From Phoronis australis (Eukaryota; Animalia; Phoronida): DNA of 64,000 nt. How positions within the stretch are numbered: position 1 is the stretch's first letter; each line of letters begins with the position of its first letter. Below are positions 47,699-61,689 of this stretch, piece by piece. The notes beneath the pieces are model-generated. The model saw nothing but the letters and a program-made list of their open reading frames with translations, was not told the origin of the DNA and made no database searches. The stretch lies in the NCBI GenBank assembly GCA_002633005.1, contig NMRA01001020.1, positions 1 through 64,000 of the forward strand, given 5' to 3'. The translations under genes and the position numbers were made by a program.

Positions 47699-49955
47699 CT
47701 ATTGAAATAAGAACAGACAGACATCAAGTGTGAACAGCAAGTCAGTGAAAACACAGCAGATCGGTCTAGAGGCCATGAAAAGGGCATATACCAGTGATGT
47801 CTTTTTGGTCAAGTACTTCAGTAGTGAAAGGATCTACCCCCAAATTAGCCTAAGCTCATTTTGGTGTTTTTCTTGTTTTTAGATTCATGTAATTCGCAGA
47901 GGCTATCTATAAGACCAACATCAAAAACGAGAATGGGAAACATAAATCGTGAATTTCCAACCCTTCGCCGAGGAGCACTTCACAAAAAAATCTTCACACA
48001 ACATGCAATCAATGGCAAAGGCACAAAAACACACTTACTGTTGAAATTTCATATAGCTGTTAATGGGATCAAATAAAAGTGTATAACTTCTAGGATCCCA
48101 TTCTGCCACGCAGTTGGCTTAAATCAGTTTGAAACTTCGCTGCGTGGAGTTTTAAGGTAACCGTCCAAACTTGTGTGTGCAAAATGAGCGAGTTGATAGA
48201 GACAACTTAAGTAAGTTTCAATAAAAAACATTTTTTCAAAAAATAGGTTTTAATGGTATGGAAAACCTTCACGGCAAAATCCTTGTACCAATCACATATC
48301 CAAGTTGTGCTTTAGTAGCCTTATTTATTACTAAGAGTTAAGTAACAGTGTATTCATAATACCCAACCAGTACCATTTACTAATTGTTGGCTTTGGCACC
48401 CACAACTAAAGCTCCCACCTTCCGTATTATAAAATTGAAAGCCTTTAATTCAAGCAATACACAGAATCACAAGAACAGTAAGAGTTCATTGTAAACAATC
48501 GACTTAACAGACTTGTATGCAGTTGGAGCCCTTAAAGAAATCGTCCAGCAGCTAAAACACTTTTTTGACACCAGGAAAGTATGTATTGTTCATACAAAAT
48601 GTTGTTTTTGCTTCTTACATACCACGGAAAGTAATTAATTGCAACGCAAATTACACTGCTCATAATTCGTAGCCCCTTCAAGAGCCCCAGAAAAAATCTC
48701 AACCAATCAGCGTAAAGTAATGTTGTGTTGCAAGATTGAGAATTCACTTGAGAATGAAACAAGTATGTTTCGAAATATCGTGTCTTTTAATTATGTCGAT
48801 AGGTCAGTTACTGTATCTATGTTCAGTTGAGAGTAGAGTTTTGTTCAGAAAGTATGAACGCAACGGAATAAAGACCATGAACAATGAAAAGTGTCGTGCA
48901 TTTAACAAATTCTGTATAACAGAAAACTTGCTCCCGAAGTACAGTCAGTTGACAAGATTAGAAAAAGTAAAACTGATCCTTGGGTGTCTACCCATTGTTT
49001 AGTCAAAGAACGACACCTAGCGGTATAAAATCACCAAGACTTTACAAGGTTCTAGTCAGGCCTAATTTCAAGTAACTGTGATCATACATGTGTTAATTGT
49101 TAATGTAAAATAAAACCAATCATCTGTCCTGCTTTAGTTTCTTGGCATGTAAAGAGCTCCCAGAATGTTAATGTTACAGATCATGCTTCACGCACAAAAT
49201 TGACAGCTAAGACAAGCCAACTGGTAGAAGTATGGCATTCTCCCGTTGAGTCTAACTTGTTCGGTTGTATACCACAACAACAAGTTGGGCGGATGACCAT
49301 TGTAGCCTGTACTGAGTGATTAAGTACATTCTGGCCAGCTCTCTTTTGTTCGATAATTGCGCTAATCTCGCATAAGATCCTATCTAGCATGACTGGGCTG
49401 TGCTGTTAAAAATAAAAGTTGAGTTAGCTGTTTAATGTTTGAACATAAGGCAATAGCATTTCTGAATTCCTCGTCAAATGCTGATTATGTTTAGGTTTTG
49501 AATGACCAAAATCACCCCAAATACAACTGAAGTTAAGACAATCTATTCTGTCCTAACATACCAACGCACTGGGTTTGACTGTGTTAACATGTGGTTGGTA
49601 ATAAGCTTGGTAGATAATTGGCCCGCATGTTGTCATACCAGACAAAAGACTGTGCTTGGTAGTTAACCAAGGAGATAGATAATATCAGTACCTAGTCACT
49701 GAACAGGAGAACACCCTAATGGTACAAACTTGTTGAGCCTGATCTGAACCAATGACCTGACTGGTCAAGTCCAGCTATCAGCTCTAATTTGAGTAAGGAA
49801 CAATGTGAGACCAATTTCATGACCCACACCATTACACTAAATCACAACTTATTTTTTATGAATACACATTTATAGCAACTCTAAGTCGGTATATAAAAAT
49901 TAGCTTTAGTGAATTGTGACTTCATCAAAACACTTCAAATGAAGGTAAAACTTAC

Positions 49956-50159
49956 CACAACAGCCACCTCGGTTCACTATAGTAACATCAGAAATAGAGT
50001 ACACAGCTAACAGGTCCACTCTCCACCAGGGGTCCTTCTCATCAACTGTGTGAGCACAGTAGGTGTAGTGTTGTGTCAGGTCCCCATCCACAGCTTTTGA
50101 AGATGTGAGACCTAGATATGTGCTGGACTGTTGAGTTGGTTTGTTAGCAGCGATATTCA
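49956..50159 (-). CDS. F-type lectin domain 1, N-terminal exon
   Basis: AG/GT-bounded, 204 bp, phase 1-1: NIAANKPTQQSSTY...AVDG...CAHTVDEKDPWWRVDL...NRGGCC. Confidence 0.92.
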
Positions 50160-52095
50160 CTGAAATAAAACCACAATAATGGAGAAGACTTATTTTTAGA
50201 GAAACAACAAAACTGAGGAGACAATGTCTTTGACAAGAATGGTCGTTAAGTACAGCGAGAAATATGAATTAGCAGTTAACCATGTAAAACACATTTTGGT
50301 AACATAGAAGTCAGTGCCAATCTGAAGAAATATCAGGAACAATCATTTTAAATTTGGCATCAGTGAGTAGAAGGAAAGGTGGGAGGGAAGGATGAATAGA
50401 GATGGAGAGGCCGGTGTAGAACAAGGGAGGGAGAGGGAGCGAGTTTTACATTTTGCTGAAATGACAATAACACTAGAAACAAACAAACACATTTCATAAT
50501 AAGAAAGCCTATACTTTTTGCTACAAAATTACATAATCAGATCATAACCTTTGAGATGAAATTTTACTTGAAGTTGCTAGCTCTGAAATAATCTTTAGTG
50601 CTCTACAGTTTAAACCACCATTTTGTACAGAGGAGAGCAACGGCAACCAAAGGGTCCGAAGAAGACTGACATTTGTTTCATTTCTGTATGTTTTATTTTG
50701 CTATTCTCTATTTGTTTTCTAGAAGATCGCGCTTGATTGACATGACCCGCCATGAGGTCAAGTGATGATGTAAGTTGTTTACAATAGCACACCATGCAGA
50801 CAACATTCTAACACGTTCCAGCATATTAACGACAAATATAGAACCAAATCAGTTTTTAGCCACAATAAGATCAAAAACTGGACAATCGTCGCACAAATAA
50901 AAAAGTTGTAAATAAATTGTTGTAAATATGATCCTGATGATGTCTAATAAAAAGACGAAACATTGAATCGAACATGAACTTTTTTATTTGTGCGGCGATC
51001 ATCCATTTTTTAATATTATATTAATAAACTAACAGTATACATGAATCTAAAGCTGATGTACCTGCACAAGTGTTCACAGAGACTGTAGGTTGGAGCACAG
51101 GCACCTTTAAGTAGCAGTCTACAATATATATACTGGGGAGCCCAATGTTCGTCCGCCTAAGCATAAAACCGACTTGCTGTTGTACTCACCGAATTATTCC
51201 ACTTCAAAGTTATGATCTGAATAGGATTCGATTTAACTCTCACAGATATACCGCATTCATCGATTCGGAAGTTTTCTTTAATTTGTGCCGAGTTATTTCA
51301 AATGTGCACTGCCTTCGGCAGCCATTTTATTGTGACACCTAAGTTCGTCATATGCTGCCCCCTTTTGTAAAAACTGAGAAACATGCAGAAAAAGGCCAAC
51401 GAAGTAATGAAAATTGCAACAGCCTGTTTTTATTGACATAAACTCGATTTGAAGCTTTGATGTTGAGCTCTGCACTGTGGTTTCCAATAAAAGCCAATTG
51501 GACAACATTTCAATGCAGTTTAATGGTGAACGTGAGGCAAAAATGTTAAGAACCCAGCGTATCGCATTTGTCTGCGGATTTTTCCTTTGGCCTTCTAGAT
51601 CCTACTAGTGCCTGGGACAAACAGATACATTGCATAAACAAACCCTGGATCATGTTTTGTGTCCCGTCGGAAGAAAATTTAAATTCGAAAACATCTTCTG
51701 AAAACGCACAAAAAAGTGTATTAGTAAAATCTACTGATTTTTAAGTGGTTTTAAAAAACAATCGGTAAACTCACCGATTTCTGTCTCATTACTTTGATAC
51801 GTGTCTCTTCCGATAAGTTAGTACCTAACGTGCAGACGAGAACTCCAAATTGGAACGCTAAGTCCCGCGTGGTTGCGCTGCACGCGAAACAAGATGGCGG
51901 ACGAACTTTGGAGCCTGACGAAAATAGGTAACCGGACGATATTGTAGAGGGCTACTTAAAGGTGCCTGTTAGAGGCTGCCATATTGAGAACAGCCAGTGC
52001 CACCTATAGATGAACAGTGAGCCCTCTAGTGGCAGTACCAATATTGTCTATCTTCCCCCAACTCATTGGAGCACTGAGTCCGGCAGCGACAGTGG

Positions 52096-55000
52096 CTAGG
52101 TCCGTCCGAAGGCGGAGGAAATTAAACCTGGGGAACGGAATGTTACGATGAAGTCCTTGATGGGGCGGCCAAACACGCACTCAGCGGGTGACATTTTTGT
52201 GTCTTTGTCAGGGGTATTCCGGTACTGCCGCATGGCACGCTGAAAGGCATCCGTAGCCAGTTCGCCATCATCGGTGCCGGTGTTGTCAGTGACGAGTCTC
52301 TTCATAGCAGTCTTCACACCGATATCGGCGTCGTGGTCGAGCAGAACTCTGGGCCGCCGTCGCTCGAGATGGGTTTTCTGGTATACCGAAAGTAAGGGTA
52401 TCCACCAAAAGCCATCCGAGACGGAGTGGGCCCTTTCCACAGTCCGAGCCAGTTCAGTGGAGTATCTGTCAAATATGACTAGATAATGGGCACCTTTGTA
52501 GGTGAAGAAATCTGCACAAACGCTCTGAAAAGGGTGCACCGGTTAGGTTGGTGGCATTAGCCATCCGGTTGCAGTGGTTACAGTTGTCTCTGCGGTTTGC
52601 AATGTCTACAATGATGCCAGGCCAGAAGACGGCCGGCTTCAGCACGAGCCAGCATGGACGATACATCCTGGTGAGCAGAGTGCAGGGTGTCCAAAACAGC
52701 GGATCGCAGCTTGGGAGGGATCACGATGCGGTCCTTGTAGATGACAACACCATCAACGGCGTAGAGATGCTCTCGAAACTGATTATAAGCAAGCACTTGG
52801 GAAGCTCCGACTGTTTATTCGGTAGACAGCACTCAACATGGGTCAACAGGGCACTCATCGCGGGGTCACTGCTTGTCTAATCGCGTACCTTGTCCCATGT
52901 AATGCAGTCCGGTGAGGTCAAAGTCCAGACGGCTGAGTTCCATAACTGTTCCTCGATGGATGGCAACTGACTGGAGGTGGGACTCGGAGGGTCGCCATGA
53001 CATGGTAGCTGCCCTAGGGTGCAGCGTGAGGTAGGGGCGAGACACAGCTGTCTGAAGATAAACAAGCAGAGTCATAACCCGTGATGTTGGCAACGTCATC
53101 CGGGAGGGGACGTCGCACCACTGGTCCTGATGGGCGCCGGGACGTTGCATCTGCTGCTTTGTGATGGGCACCAAGTACATGCATGACCTTGAAGCGGTAC
53201 CGAAGCGTCTTTTCCTTCAGGTTCCTGATGCGGGGGTTTGGTATATCTTCGAGGGAGCAGTCTGTGAAAATCTTGACCAGCGGCTTTTGGCCAAGGACAA
53301 AGTAACGAGCTTTGTCGAAGGCATCAGCAACGGCGAGCGCTTTGCCCTCTGTCGGAGCGTACCGGGACTTAGCGGGGTGGGTGAAACGGCTCCCGACGAG
53401 AGTTGCCTTCCAGCCTGAGCGACAGAAAACGGGATGAGGCGCTGACATGTGCTTTTGCAAGAGCCAGAAACCAATGCCCTCTTTATACCAATCAGTGGCA
53501 AGGCACGTCGGTAGCGATTTGTCAAATATACGCACCCCGTGCTCAATGTCTTGAACGATGACTCTTTTCGATTCGTCTAATAAGGACTGTAGCTGGTCCG
53601 TCCATACAAATGGTGTGTGGAGCTTCAGCAAGTCACGAAATACTTTCATGCAGTCAGCCATGCTAAAGGCATACGATACCTGGTTCAGGAGGCCGTCAGG
53701 CGCATGTCAGTAAGTGACTGTGGGGTGGGGAAGTCCAGGATTGTGCTAAGGAACGCCCTGCAGGGACGAACAGAGTCTCAAGTGATCTCAAATCCAGCAA
53801 ACTCGACCGAGTCCCGGCCAAAGGTAAACTTGTCCGGGTTGAGTATGATTCCATTATTTCCACAGAGCTCGAGCCATTCGCAGGCCTTGAAAACCTTTCC
53901 ACCAGGGTGTCTGCCCAGAGCAAAGTATCATCTTCGTCTTCTTCTGTATATGCGCGACCAGCTTATCAAAGCGGGGGTGTACGCATTGTCAGATGCTATG
54001 TATCCTGGGGGGGCACACGGTATCGGTATCGACCCCATGGGGTGATAAAGGTGGTGAAATGACGGCCTTTCCGACAAATAGATACACTGTGATAGCCGTT
54101 TCAAGCGTCGAAGACTGTTTTTTTCGTCTTCGGTGGGACCGATCTGGCCTGGTGGAATGGGGACGGGGTATGATGTGTCTCTCGCAAGGCTTACTTATTG
54201 AGTGGCTGGAAGTCGACGGTTCGGTGGTGGCGTTTCGGGCAGGAGTAAAGCGAGGCTGTCTCGGGACTGTCAGCAGTATGTTACGGAGCAGTCGGCGTCG
54301 GGTTGGGCATGTTCTGTCCTGAGTTGCAGAACTCACCGATTGTCGGGAAGTGCGCAGAGATTATGCCAAGGGCTACGCATGCTTATCGGCTCAGGAACAC
54401 TGCTTGATGAGGCCGTGATGTAGACCAGGTGGCGTGTTTCTCGCGCCTTACTGTCGTTATTGCAACAGTGAAAGCGTATGGGAGTCGCGCCAATGATTGG
54501 TATGCATTCGTTGTTGGCTGCGTGCATTTGCATATGCACGGGATGAGGTCGTGATTCGTGAGTCCGAGCTGAAGTGAGATGCCAATACCAGCTCGGCAGC
54601 TCTGGCACCCTGTATCCGCCATGCAAGAGACTTCAGTAGTGGTTGGGCAAGAGGACAGCTGGTGTGACAATCCCAAGCGGGCATAGCCCTCGGTACAGAC
54701 AGATGCCTCTAACCTGGCGAAGGGTTAGGGTTTTGCGGGTCAGGTTGTCATACAGGTGGTGGTCCAGGCAGAGTGTGGGCTGAGATGACTGCTGTGTTGA
54801 GGTGGGTGCATGCAGGCCACATAGGGCGTTAAAGACGGCGTTCCCAGCAGATGGCATGGGCTTGCTGCTGCGGCAGACAGACTCGAAGTGGTTTTTCTTT
54901 GTATCGTGTTCATGTATGGCCATGGGCGGGGCAGTCTTCTTTGCGAGTGTGGCATGGCTGTCGGCAGTTTTTGCACGCAGGGAACTCTTTGTGCATGAAG

Positions 55001-55466
55001 GGACCAGGATTGATGGCTGGGGGCCTCTTGTTTTCCTATATGCACTTGCCTCGTGCAAACGGGAGGCTGACCGCTTGCCGAATTCCTTGGCTTCGATGAG
55101 GCGCCGTGAACATGAACAGGCAACGGAACGTATGGATAGTTCTTTAGTAAGCCGCAATTCGTCAGAGAAATCATTGTCTACGAGAAGCCGGCCACAGACA
55201 CGGAGATGTTTCACGGCCTCATACTTGCTATCAACAGCCTACCTTTCATTCTTCACTACCGCGAGCCACTTCCTAAGCATTTCGGGCTCTCGAGGAAGTC
55301 CAAACAACGATATACCCGCTTTCTTCGCAGCCTCATAGTTCGGACAAGCGGGAACGATGCACCGCAATATAGCGGCATTCACTCTGCAGACGAACCACTG
55401 TCGTCGCTGCGTCGTTTCTCACCTTCCTCACAGGTTAACGCGACACCTCTTGGCAAGGTGAGGTAG
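52096..55466 (-). mobile_element. Heavily degenerate Ty3/Gypsy retrotransposon internal region (gag-PR-RT-RH-IN)
   Basis: RNase H LATDW..GIGF.LLQKH...GSRF..PAKSRYAPTEGKALAVA; IN zinc region IVIPPKLR..VLDTLHSAHQ; IN core PFQSVCADFF...YLVIFDRYS and YRNTP...SPAECVFGRPIKD. Many frameshifts, and no LTRs recognised. Confidence 0.9.
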
Positions 55467-55547
55467 ACCGTTTAAGAGGCGATGTGGAAGTAGACCGATT
55501 AAGACGGTAAAAAAGACCAATTAAATCGGGTTGCATGCTCCTTTTAA

Positions 55548-55870
55548 TCGTGGTGGTGCAGTGGTAAAGCATGCGCGCTCTATCCGCTGGGTCGTGAGTT
55601 CGAGTCTGTGGTACTTGCAGTTTTTCGTGTTTGACACGTTCTCCGTTTTTTTTTTTTTGGCCTTTTTTTCTTGGATAATACTTCGGGAATCAAGGAAAAT
55701 GCTTGATTTTCAGAGGAAAAAACAGAAAAATGTCCTGGGTGGAGGGGGGGCAAACTCGTCTCCCGACCTCCCCCCATTCGGTGCTATGCGTATCTACAAT
55801 CGTGCTTTGAGCAAACGTTTTCAAACAAAATGTTGGGCCCACCCTTGTGATATCCTAGATTCGCCAATGC
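55548..55870 (+). mobile_element. Partial copy of the tRNA-like-carrying MITE (right half)
   Basis: Similar to about 18903-19221 and ends CCTAGATTCGCCAATG. Confidence 0.8.
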
Positions 55871-55989
55871 ACTCACTCAGCTTTTTGTGGAGCCGGTAGA
55901 AAAAAGGCTGCTGACGACCAGAGAAAGAAGGAAAGGAGTTCCCAGAAGGGCAAAACTGTGGAAGAGGTTGAAGTAGGTGGATCATCTGC

Positions 55990-56500
55990 AAAGATTGAGA
56001 GCATTGCCACCTTCTTGAAATCCCAACAAACAAGCTCTTCTGTTTGTTTCTCGATTACACTATGAAGGTGTATGATGGTGTACTCTTGAAGCTCCATTCC
56101 GAAGAACCACTTATCCGTGAACTCAGGGACTGTCTTGTTGGCCTTGTGAGGGCTTTGTATAGCAGGTTCTTGAAGCCGGTTGCTGTTGCTGATAAATCTC
56201 TGTCACAGGTCAACTTCGCAGATCGAGCCAACCAGAAAAGTGATGCAGATATTTTGATTGGGCAGCAGGTCCCTGACTTTATTGAGCACAATCGTCTGTG
56301 AAGTAAGGGCAGTGAAGAATTCTTCGATCGTGTGCGACAGTATTTTGAAGTTGCGTGCATGTTCTTGGTAAGCAAGCTGCTATTTGATGACACATTGCAT
56401 GTTCCGAGCTGTGAAGAAAGTAGCTTCTGAAAGAAGGGAACATCTGTTTTTGCCGCGTTATTCCAAAGACTGACAATGTCTTGTGGAAGGAACCATGGAA
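55990..56500 (+). pseudogene. hAT-type transposase C-terminal fragment
   Basis: FLDY...EEPLIREL...LYSRFLKP...NQKSDADILIG...FFDRVRQYFEVAC.FLVSKL; contains stops. Confidence 0.6.
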
Positions 56501-58091
56501 TTTATACTGGAAGATGTATAGTTTTTTGCGGCCATGGCGACTGCACTGACTTCGTAACATGTTGAGCTGATGGTAATACTCAATGTTTTTTCACAGACAG
56601 TACGGTGGTGGGTGTTCTCATACACTTGCAATGAATAATAATTCAAAACTTTCGTGAATGGTTTAGAATATATCGACTGCTGCAAAACATTGTCTAGTGC
56701 AGATTCATAAAGACCTTTTTGCAGATATGTTTTTGTGTTAAGAAATTAGGTGTATATTAGGCATGTATTAACATAACTAGTTAAGCTCAGTAAGGACTTT
56801 TTCTATTTATTATAATCTGACATGGATCAACGAAGCCTGCGCAGTGTTCCCAATCTCATCAGACGTGACGGGCATGGACATTTGCCACGTCAGTTGGCAG
56901 AGGTACCAAAGAGGTGCAAATTCATGGGATGCAAACGACGCTCATAATTTATGTGTCTACGTTGGGAGGTGTATATTACCGTGGACAAGTGTAGTGACTG
57001 TTTTTACAACTACTGAAAGTGAAAGTGAAGAAAAATTGAAAGTAAAGAAATGGAAGAAAAATTGAAAGTGAAGAAAAACCGGGTCCCACACCTATCTGGT
57101 AATGACATTGTTTGAAGACACACTGTTGCTGATGAAACTGCAAACCAGCGAACCTGCTCTCACGTGACCCTGGTATACGAACATAGATCATTTCAGCCTG
57201 TATTTATGTTTTTAACCAACAAGCTATGAGAAGTAAGGTTTTCTATGACGAGAAACGTAATTCATGTCATTTTTGCTTTTTGCGTGAAAGTGTCCTTTAG
57301 TTCATAAGGGTTATTAGAGTGACCATGCCAACGACCATGCCAGTACACCTTCATTAATCTTTTTAAAGCTGGTTACATCAATATGCAACTCGCAATTTAA
57401 GAAGACAAAATTTGCCAACTTTTCATATAATCATACAACATACGGTTACTTCTGCGTGGTGTTAAGCCAAGTGAACGATGCAAGAAAAAGCAATGGTTTT
57501 TGAACATTGAAAACCACGAAAAATAATTGTAGACATCGAAAATGTGAACAGAAGAAACACTCTTGATCGAAAAAGTGAATTATCTTATGAAATATTCTGA
57601 TTCTGTCAGTTTGATGACGTCACAGAGCACTTACTATTAGTCCGGTTGTGACATACCAGACCACGTAAACCTGCAAGCAAAACTACAGTGTTTTGACCCT
57701 CAAAATTGGTTGATAACTTTCTAAAGACACGTAGAAGAGGTAATAGTTTTGTTGGAGCTGATGAGTACATGTCAAATGAAATTAATTACTTTTCATTGAA
57801 TGTCAAGTATGTCGTCTGGACCTCCTACAGGGTAACAAGCGCAAGTTAATCTTAGAAAGAAAATTTGTTTTGTCACCCAAATAGGGCGCCTGACCGTATT
57901 CTGTGGAATCGGCATTGTGACGTGATGTTCGATTACACGTTTTATTCGGAGTATTGGACTTTAGTCGTAATGATAGTTTAGTCAGAGCTACTTCCTGTGG
58001 TCATCAACTTCCTGTCTCAGACCATGAGGTCATGATATAATAAAGTGATGTTTATTAGTTAAAATCTACGAGTTAACAGTAATTCGTTACA

Positions 58092-58102
58092 TGGTGGCAG
58101 CG
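58092..58102 (+). promoter_or_regulatory. Primer-binding site, complementary to a tRNA-Leu-type 3' end
   Basis: TGGTGGCAGCG directly after the LTR's terminal CA; it complements ...CGCTGCCACCA. Confidence 0.75.
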
Positions 58103-58286
58103 TGAACAGGACCCTGATGAACCACTGAAGAGCCGAGCAGACCAAATTCATGAAAAAGCATTGTGGTTTTGCTCATTAATCCCTAAACTAGTGAGCCTGA
58201 TCTGGTGAGTCCATTCCAGTTTTTACTCTGACTTGACTTTAAAGACATGCTTAAGAAGTCCCTGTTGTCTCAGATTGCGACTCACG

Positions 58287-61200
58287 ATGGCCCACGCTTA
58301 TGGTCTACCTCCTCCCTCCCCCTAAGATTTGCACTCCAACAATGTGGCAGAAGGATGGAGGAAATTCCGGAATGCTTGGGCAAATTACTCGCTGGCATCG
58401 GAACAAAACAAGAAGCCGGAAAATGTCCAGGTAGCAACACTCCTTACTGTAATTGGAGAAGAAGCAAGAGAATTTTTCTACACCTTCGACATGATTGATG
58501 CCGAAAGAGAACAGATTGGTGCTGTAATGGACAGGTTTGCGACGTGTAGCGAACCAAAAAAGAACACCCCATTTGAGAGATGCTGCTTTAATAAGCGTGT
58601 ACAGGAACCAGGCGAATCGTATGACCAGTACAAGGCGGCTTTGCAAAAATTGGCCGAGAGGTGCGAGTTTGCTGACATCACGCCAGACGACATACTCAGA
58701 GATCGTTTGGTATTCGGCATTAGAGATCCCAAGGTACGTGAACGCCTACTCAGAGAAGCTTCACTGACGTTGAAAAAAACGATGAGATTTGCAGGGCAGC
58801 CGAATCAACATCAGAACAGATGAAGTTGGTTGGAGAGGCTACAACGGGAGTCCATGCAGTCAACACTAGAAAGAAGCACCAGCCAACCCAAAGGAACAAA
58901 AAACAGACACAGACAAGCAAACAGCATGAGTGTCAAAGCTGTGGACTCAAGCATGGTGAAAAATGTCCTGCGAAAGGAAAGCAATGCAATAAATGCAGAA
59001 AATATAACCATTTTGCGGTTAAAGGCTGGAGTGACGCATCTACAAAGAAGGCCAATGCATTGTATGAAGAGGACCACCCCCAAACATACGCAATCTCCAA
59101 TATGGGAGAGCTTTCGCCTCGACAGATAATAACACTTTGTCTTGAAAACGGAAATTTTGTGCAGTTTCAGATTGACAGTGGAGCTGAAACATCGGTTATC
59201 CCGGTCCACATCTACAAAGAAGCTGCGGGTGACCATACACTGGGCAAACTGGAGTCAGTGGCATCGTGCATAGAGGCCTATGGAGGAAGCAAACTTCCGA
59301 CAATGGGTCGAGTGACTCTCGGTGTTTCGAGATTTGATAGAAGATGCAACATCAGATGTCTAGTGGTTGACAACCCAAATGGAAGACCCCTGCTAGGGGA
59401 GAAGGCGTGCGTTGGTTTGAAAGTACTCAAATACACAGACAACGATGATATGAGACGACCCTACCCTAAGGATGCCAAGATATTCAAGATTACCATGGCG
59501 ACGGCATCAAACCCAGTTTCAAAGGAAGATTTTGTAAAAGCATTCCCAGATGTATTCAGTGACAAGGTGGGAAAGCTTGAAGGGGAGCACCAGATCAGAC
59601 TGGATGACAGTGTGCCAGCTGTACAACATGCACCACGCAGGGTACCAGTGCCCCTCAGGGAACCCTTGAAAGCGAAGCTGGAAGTTCTTGTCAAGGATGG
59701 GATCATTGCCCCGATTGAAGAGCCCACGGAGTGGATCAACTCTATGGTTGTTGTCCGTAAAAAAGACAGTGACCTGCGCATATGTTTGGACCCCAAACAC
59801 CTGAATGAGGCCATTCTTCGAGAGCACTACGAGATGCCGACAGTGGAAGACATCGCTACCAGATTGCACAACGCAAAAGTATTTTCCGTGTTGGACGTGA
59901 CCAAAGGTTTTTGGCATGTACCTTTAAGTGAAGAATCATCCCGGTTGACAACCTTTCACACACCCTTTGGGAGATATAGATGGCTTCGTCTCCCTTTTGG
60001 AATAAAGTCGGCACCTGAAGTATTTCAGAGGAAAACACACGAGCTTATACAAGGTTTACGTGGCGTTGAGGTTCAGGCGGATGACTTCTTGGTAGTCGGT
60101 TTTGGGGACACTACAGAAGAAGCTGTACGTGATCACGACAACAATCTCTCTACATTTTTACAACGGTGCAAGGACAAGCATGTAGTACTGAACCGTAAGA
60201 AATTCAAGTTTAGGCAATCCTCTGTGGAATTCATCGGTCACATCGCCTCAGACAAAGGTATTCAGGCCGACCCAAGTAAAATCCAAGCTGTTTTGGACAT
60301 GCCGTCTCCAGAAGACGTCAAGGGTGTCCAGAGACTCTTAGGCATGGCACAATACTTGGGTAAGTTTTTGCCCAACCTCTCCAGTATTGTGGAACCTTTG
60401 AGAGCACTTACAAGAAAGGAAGTTCCTTGGTCCTGGGATGTGCAACAAGTGCAGGCATTCGACAAACTCAAGCAGGCCATCGCAAGTACTCCCGTTTTGC
60501 GATACTACAACCTGGATGAAGAGCTGACGATACAGTGCGATGCATCCCAGTCCGGACTTGGCGCAGCGTTGTTACAGAATGGACAACCCGTGGCCTACGC
60601 ATCTCGAGCACTTACTTCAGCAGAGCAAAACTATGCTCAAATCGAGAAAGAGCCATTGTCTTTGCCTGTGAGCGGTTCAACACATACATCTATGGTAGGG
60701 ATCAGGTGACTGTCAACACAGATCACAAACCCTTGGAAATGATTGCGAAGAAGCCCTTTTATCAGTCACCGAAAAGGCTACAGCGCATGTTTCTAAGACT
60801 ACAGAAATATGCATTAACCATTACGTACGTTAAAGGAGAGAGCCTTTTCTTAGCGGATACTCTAAGTAGAGCATATCTGAAAGATACCTGTGAGGTGAAA
60901 GAGGTAGTGACAGTCAACCATGTAGAAGAATCGGATGCTTTGACAACTGACCTTTGGAGACAATTGGCAGCAGAGTCAGCCGAAGACCCAGCTCTTTCGG
61001 AGCTGAACAAGATGGTTCATGCTGGCTGGCCAGGCACACGCAGCGCAGTTTCGCAGGTTCTACGTCACTACTTTGGTATGCGCGACCAACTGGTGTGCGA
61101 AGGACCCTTGGTGTTTAGAGGATGCCAGGTGATCATTCCCAGGAGTATGAGGAGGCAAATGTTGTCGCAACTGCACTCAACTCACATTGGAATAGAGGGG

Positions 61201-61479
61201 TCTATTCGACGGGCTAGAGAGTCCATGTACTGGCCGGGCATGGCAGGTGACATCAGAGAATTCATCACACAATGCGACACATGTCTGTCATATCGGTCGA
61301 ATCAACCAAGGGAGACTCTGATGACACATTCAGTGATAACATTACCATGGGCGAAAATTGCGGCTGACCTGTGTGAGTTCAATGGGAGAACTTAACTTGT
61401 GTTGGTGGATTTCTACAGCAATTATATAGAAGTCGCCAATTTATCTTCAACGACATCCAGAGCTGTCATCAAAGAGATG
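58287..61479 (+). pseudogene. gag-pol polyprotein, frameshifted (about 58320, 58780, 60650), stop at 61393, truncated in integrase
   Basis: Gag W..F..AW.NY..A...LRDRLVFGI; Cys/His knuckles; protease QIDSGA; RT LRICLDP, RLPFG, QADDFL; RNase H CDASQSGLGA, NYAQIEKE; IN H..HIG...C..C. Confidence 0.93.
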
Positions 61480-61689
61480 ATGATATAATAAAGTGATGTT
61501 TATTAGTTAAAATCTACGAGTTAACAGTAATTCGTTACAGGCATGAAATTGTCAACAATCAGTAATTACTAATACAGACAAAAACGATGCCACTGAGATT
61601 TTTCAACTCATCGATAGACCGTTGCCAATGCCGGAATTAGGGCCCCAGGTGGAGTCCAGTCAATCGAACGATACAACAGAACGCAAAGG

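Larger units (their letters stand above)
57916..61539 (+). mobile_element. Ty3/Gypsy (Mag-like) LTR retrotransposon with a 3' internal deletion, 5-bp TSD GGCAT
   Basis: 5' LTR 57916-58091 (TGTGACG...CGTTACA), PBS at 58092, gag-pol, then a 60-bp 3' LTR remnant 61480-61539 identical to 58032-58091. GGCAT at 57911-57915 and 61540-61544. Confidence 0.95.

Noticed and set aside
52274-55466. Plus-strand ORFs of 70-178 aa
   Set aside because: They are antisense shadows of the GC-rich minus-strand Gypsy pol.
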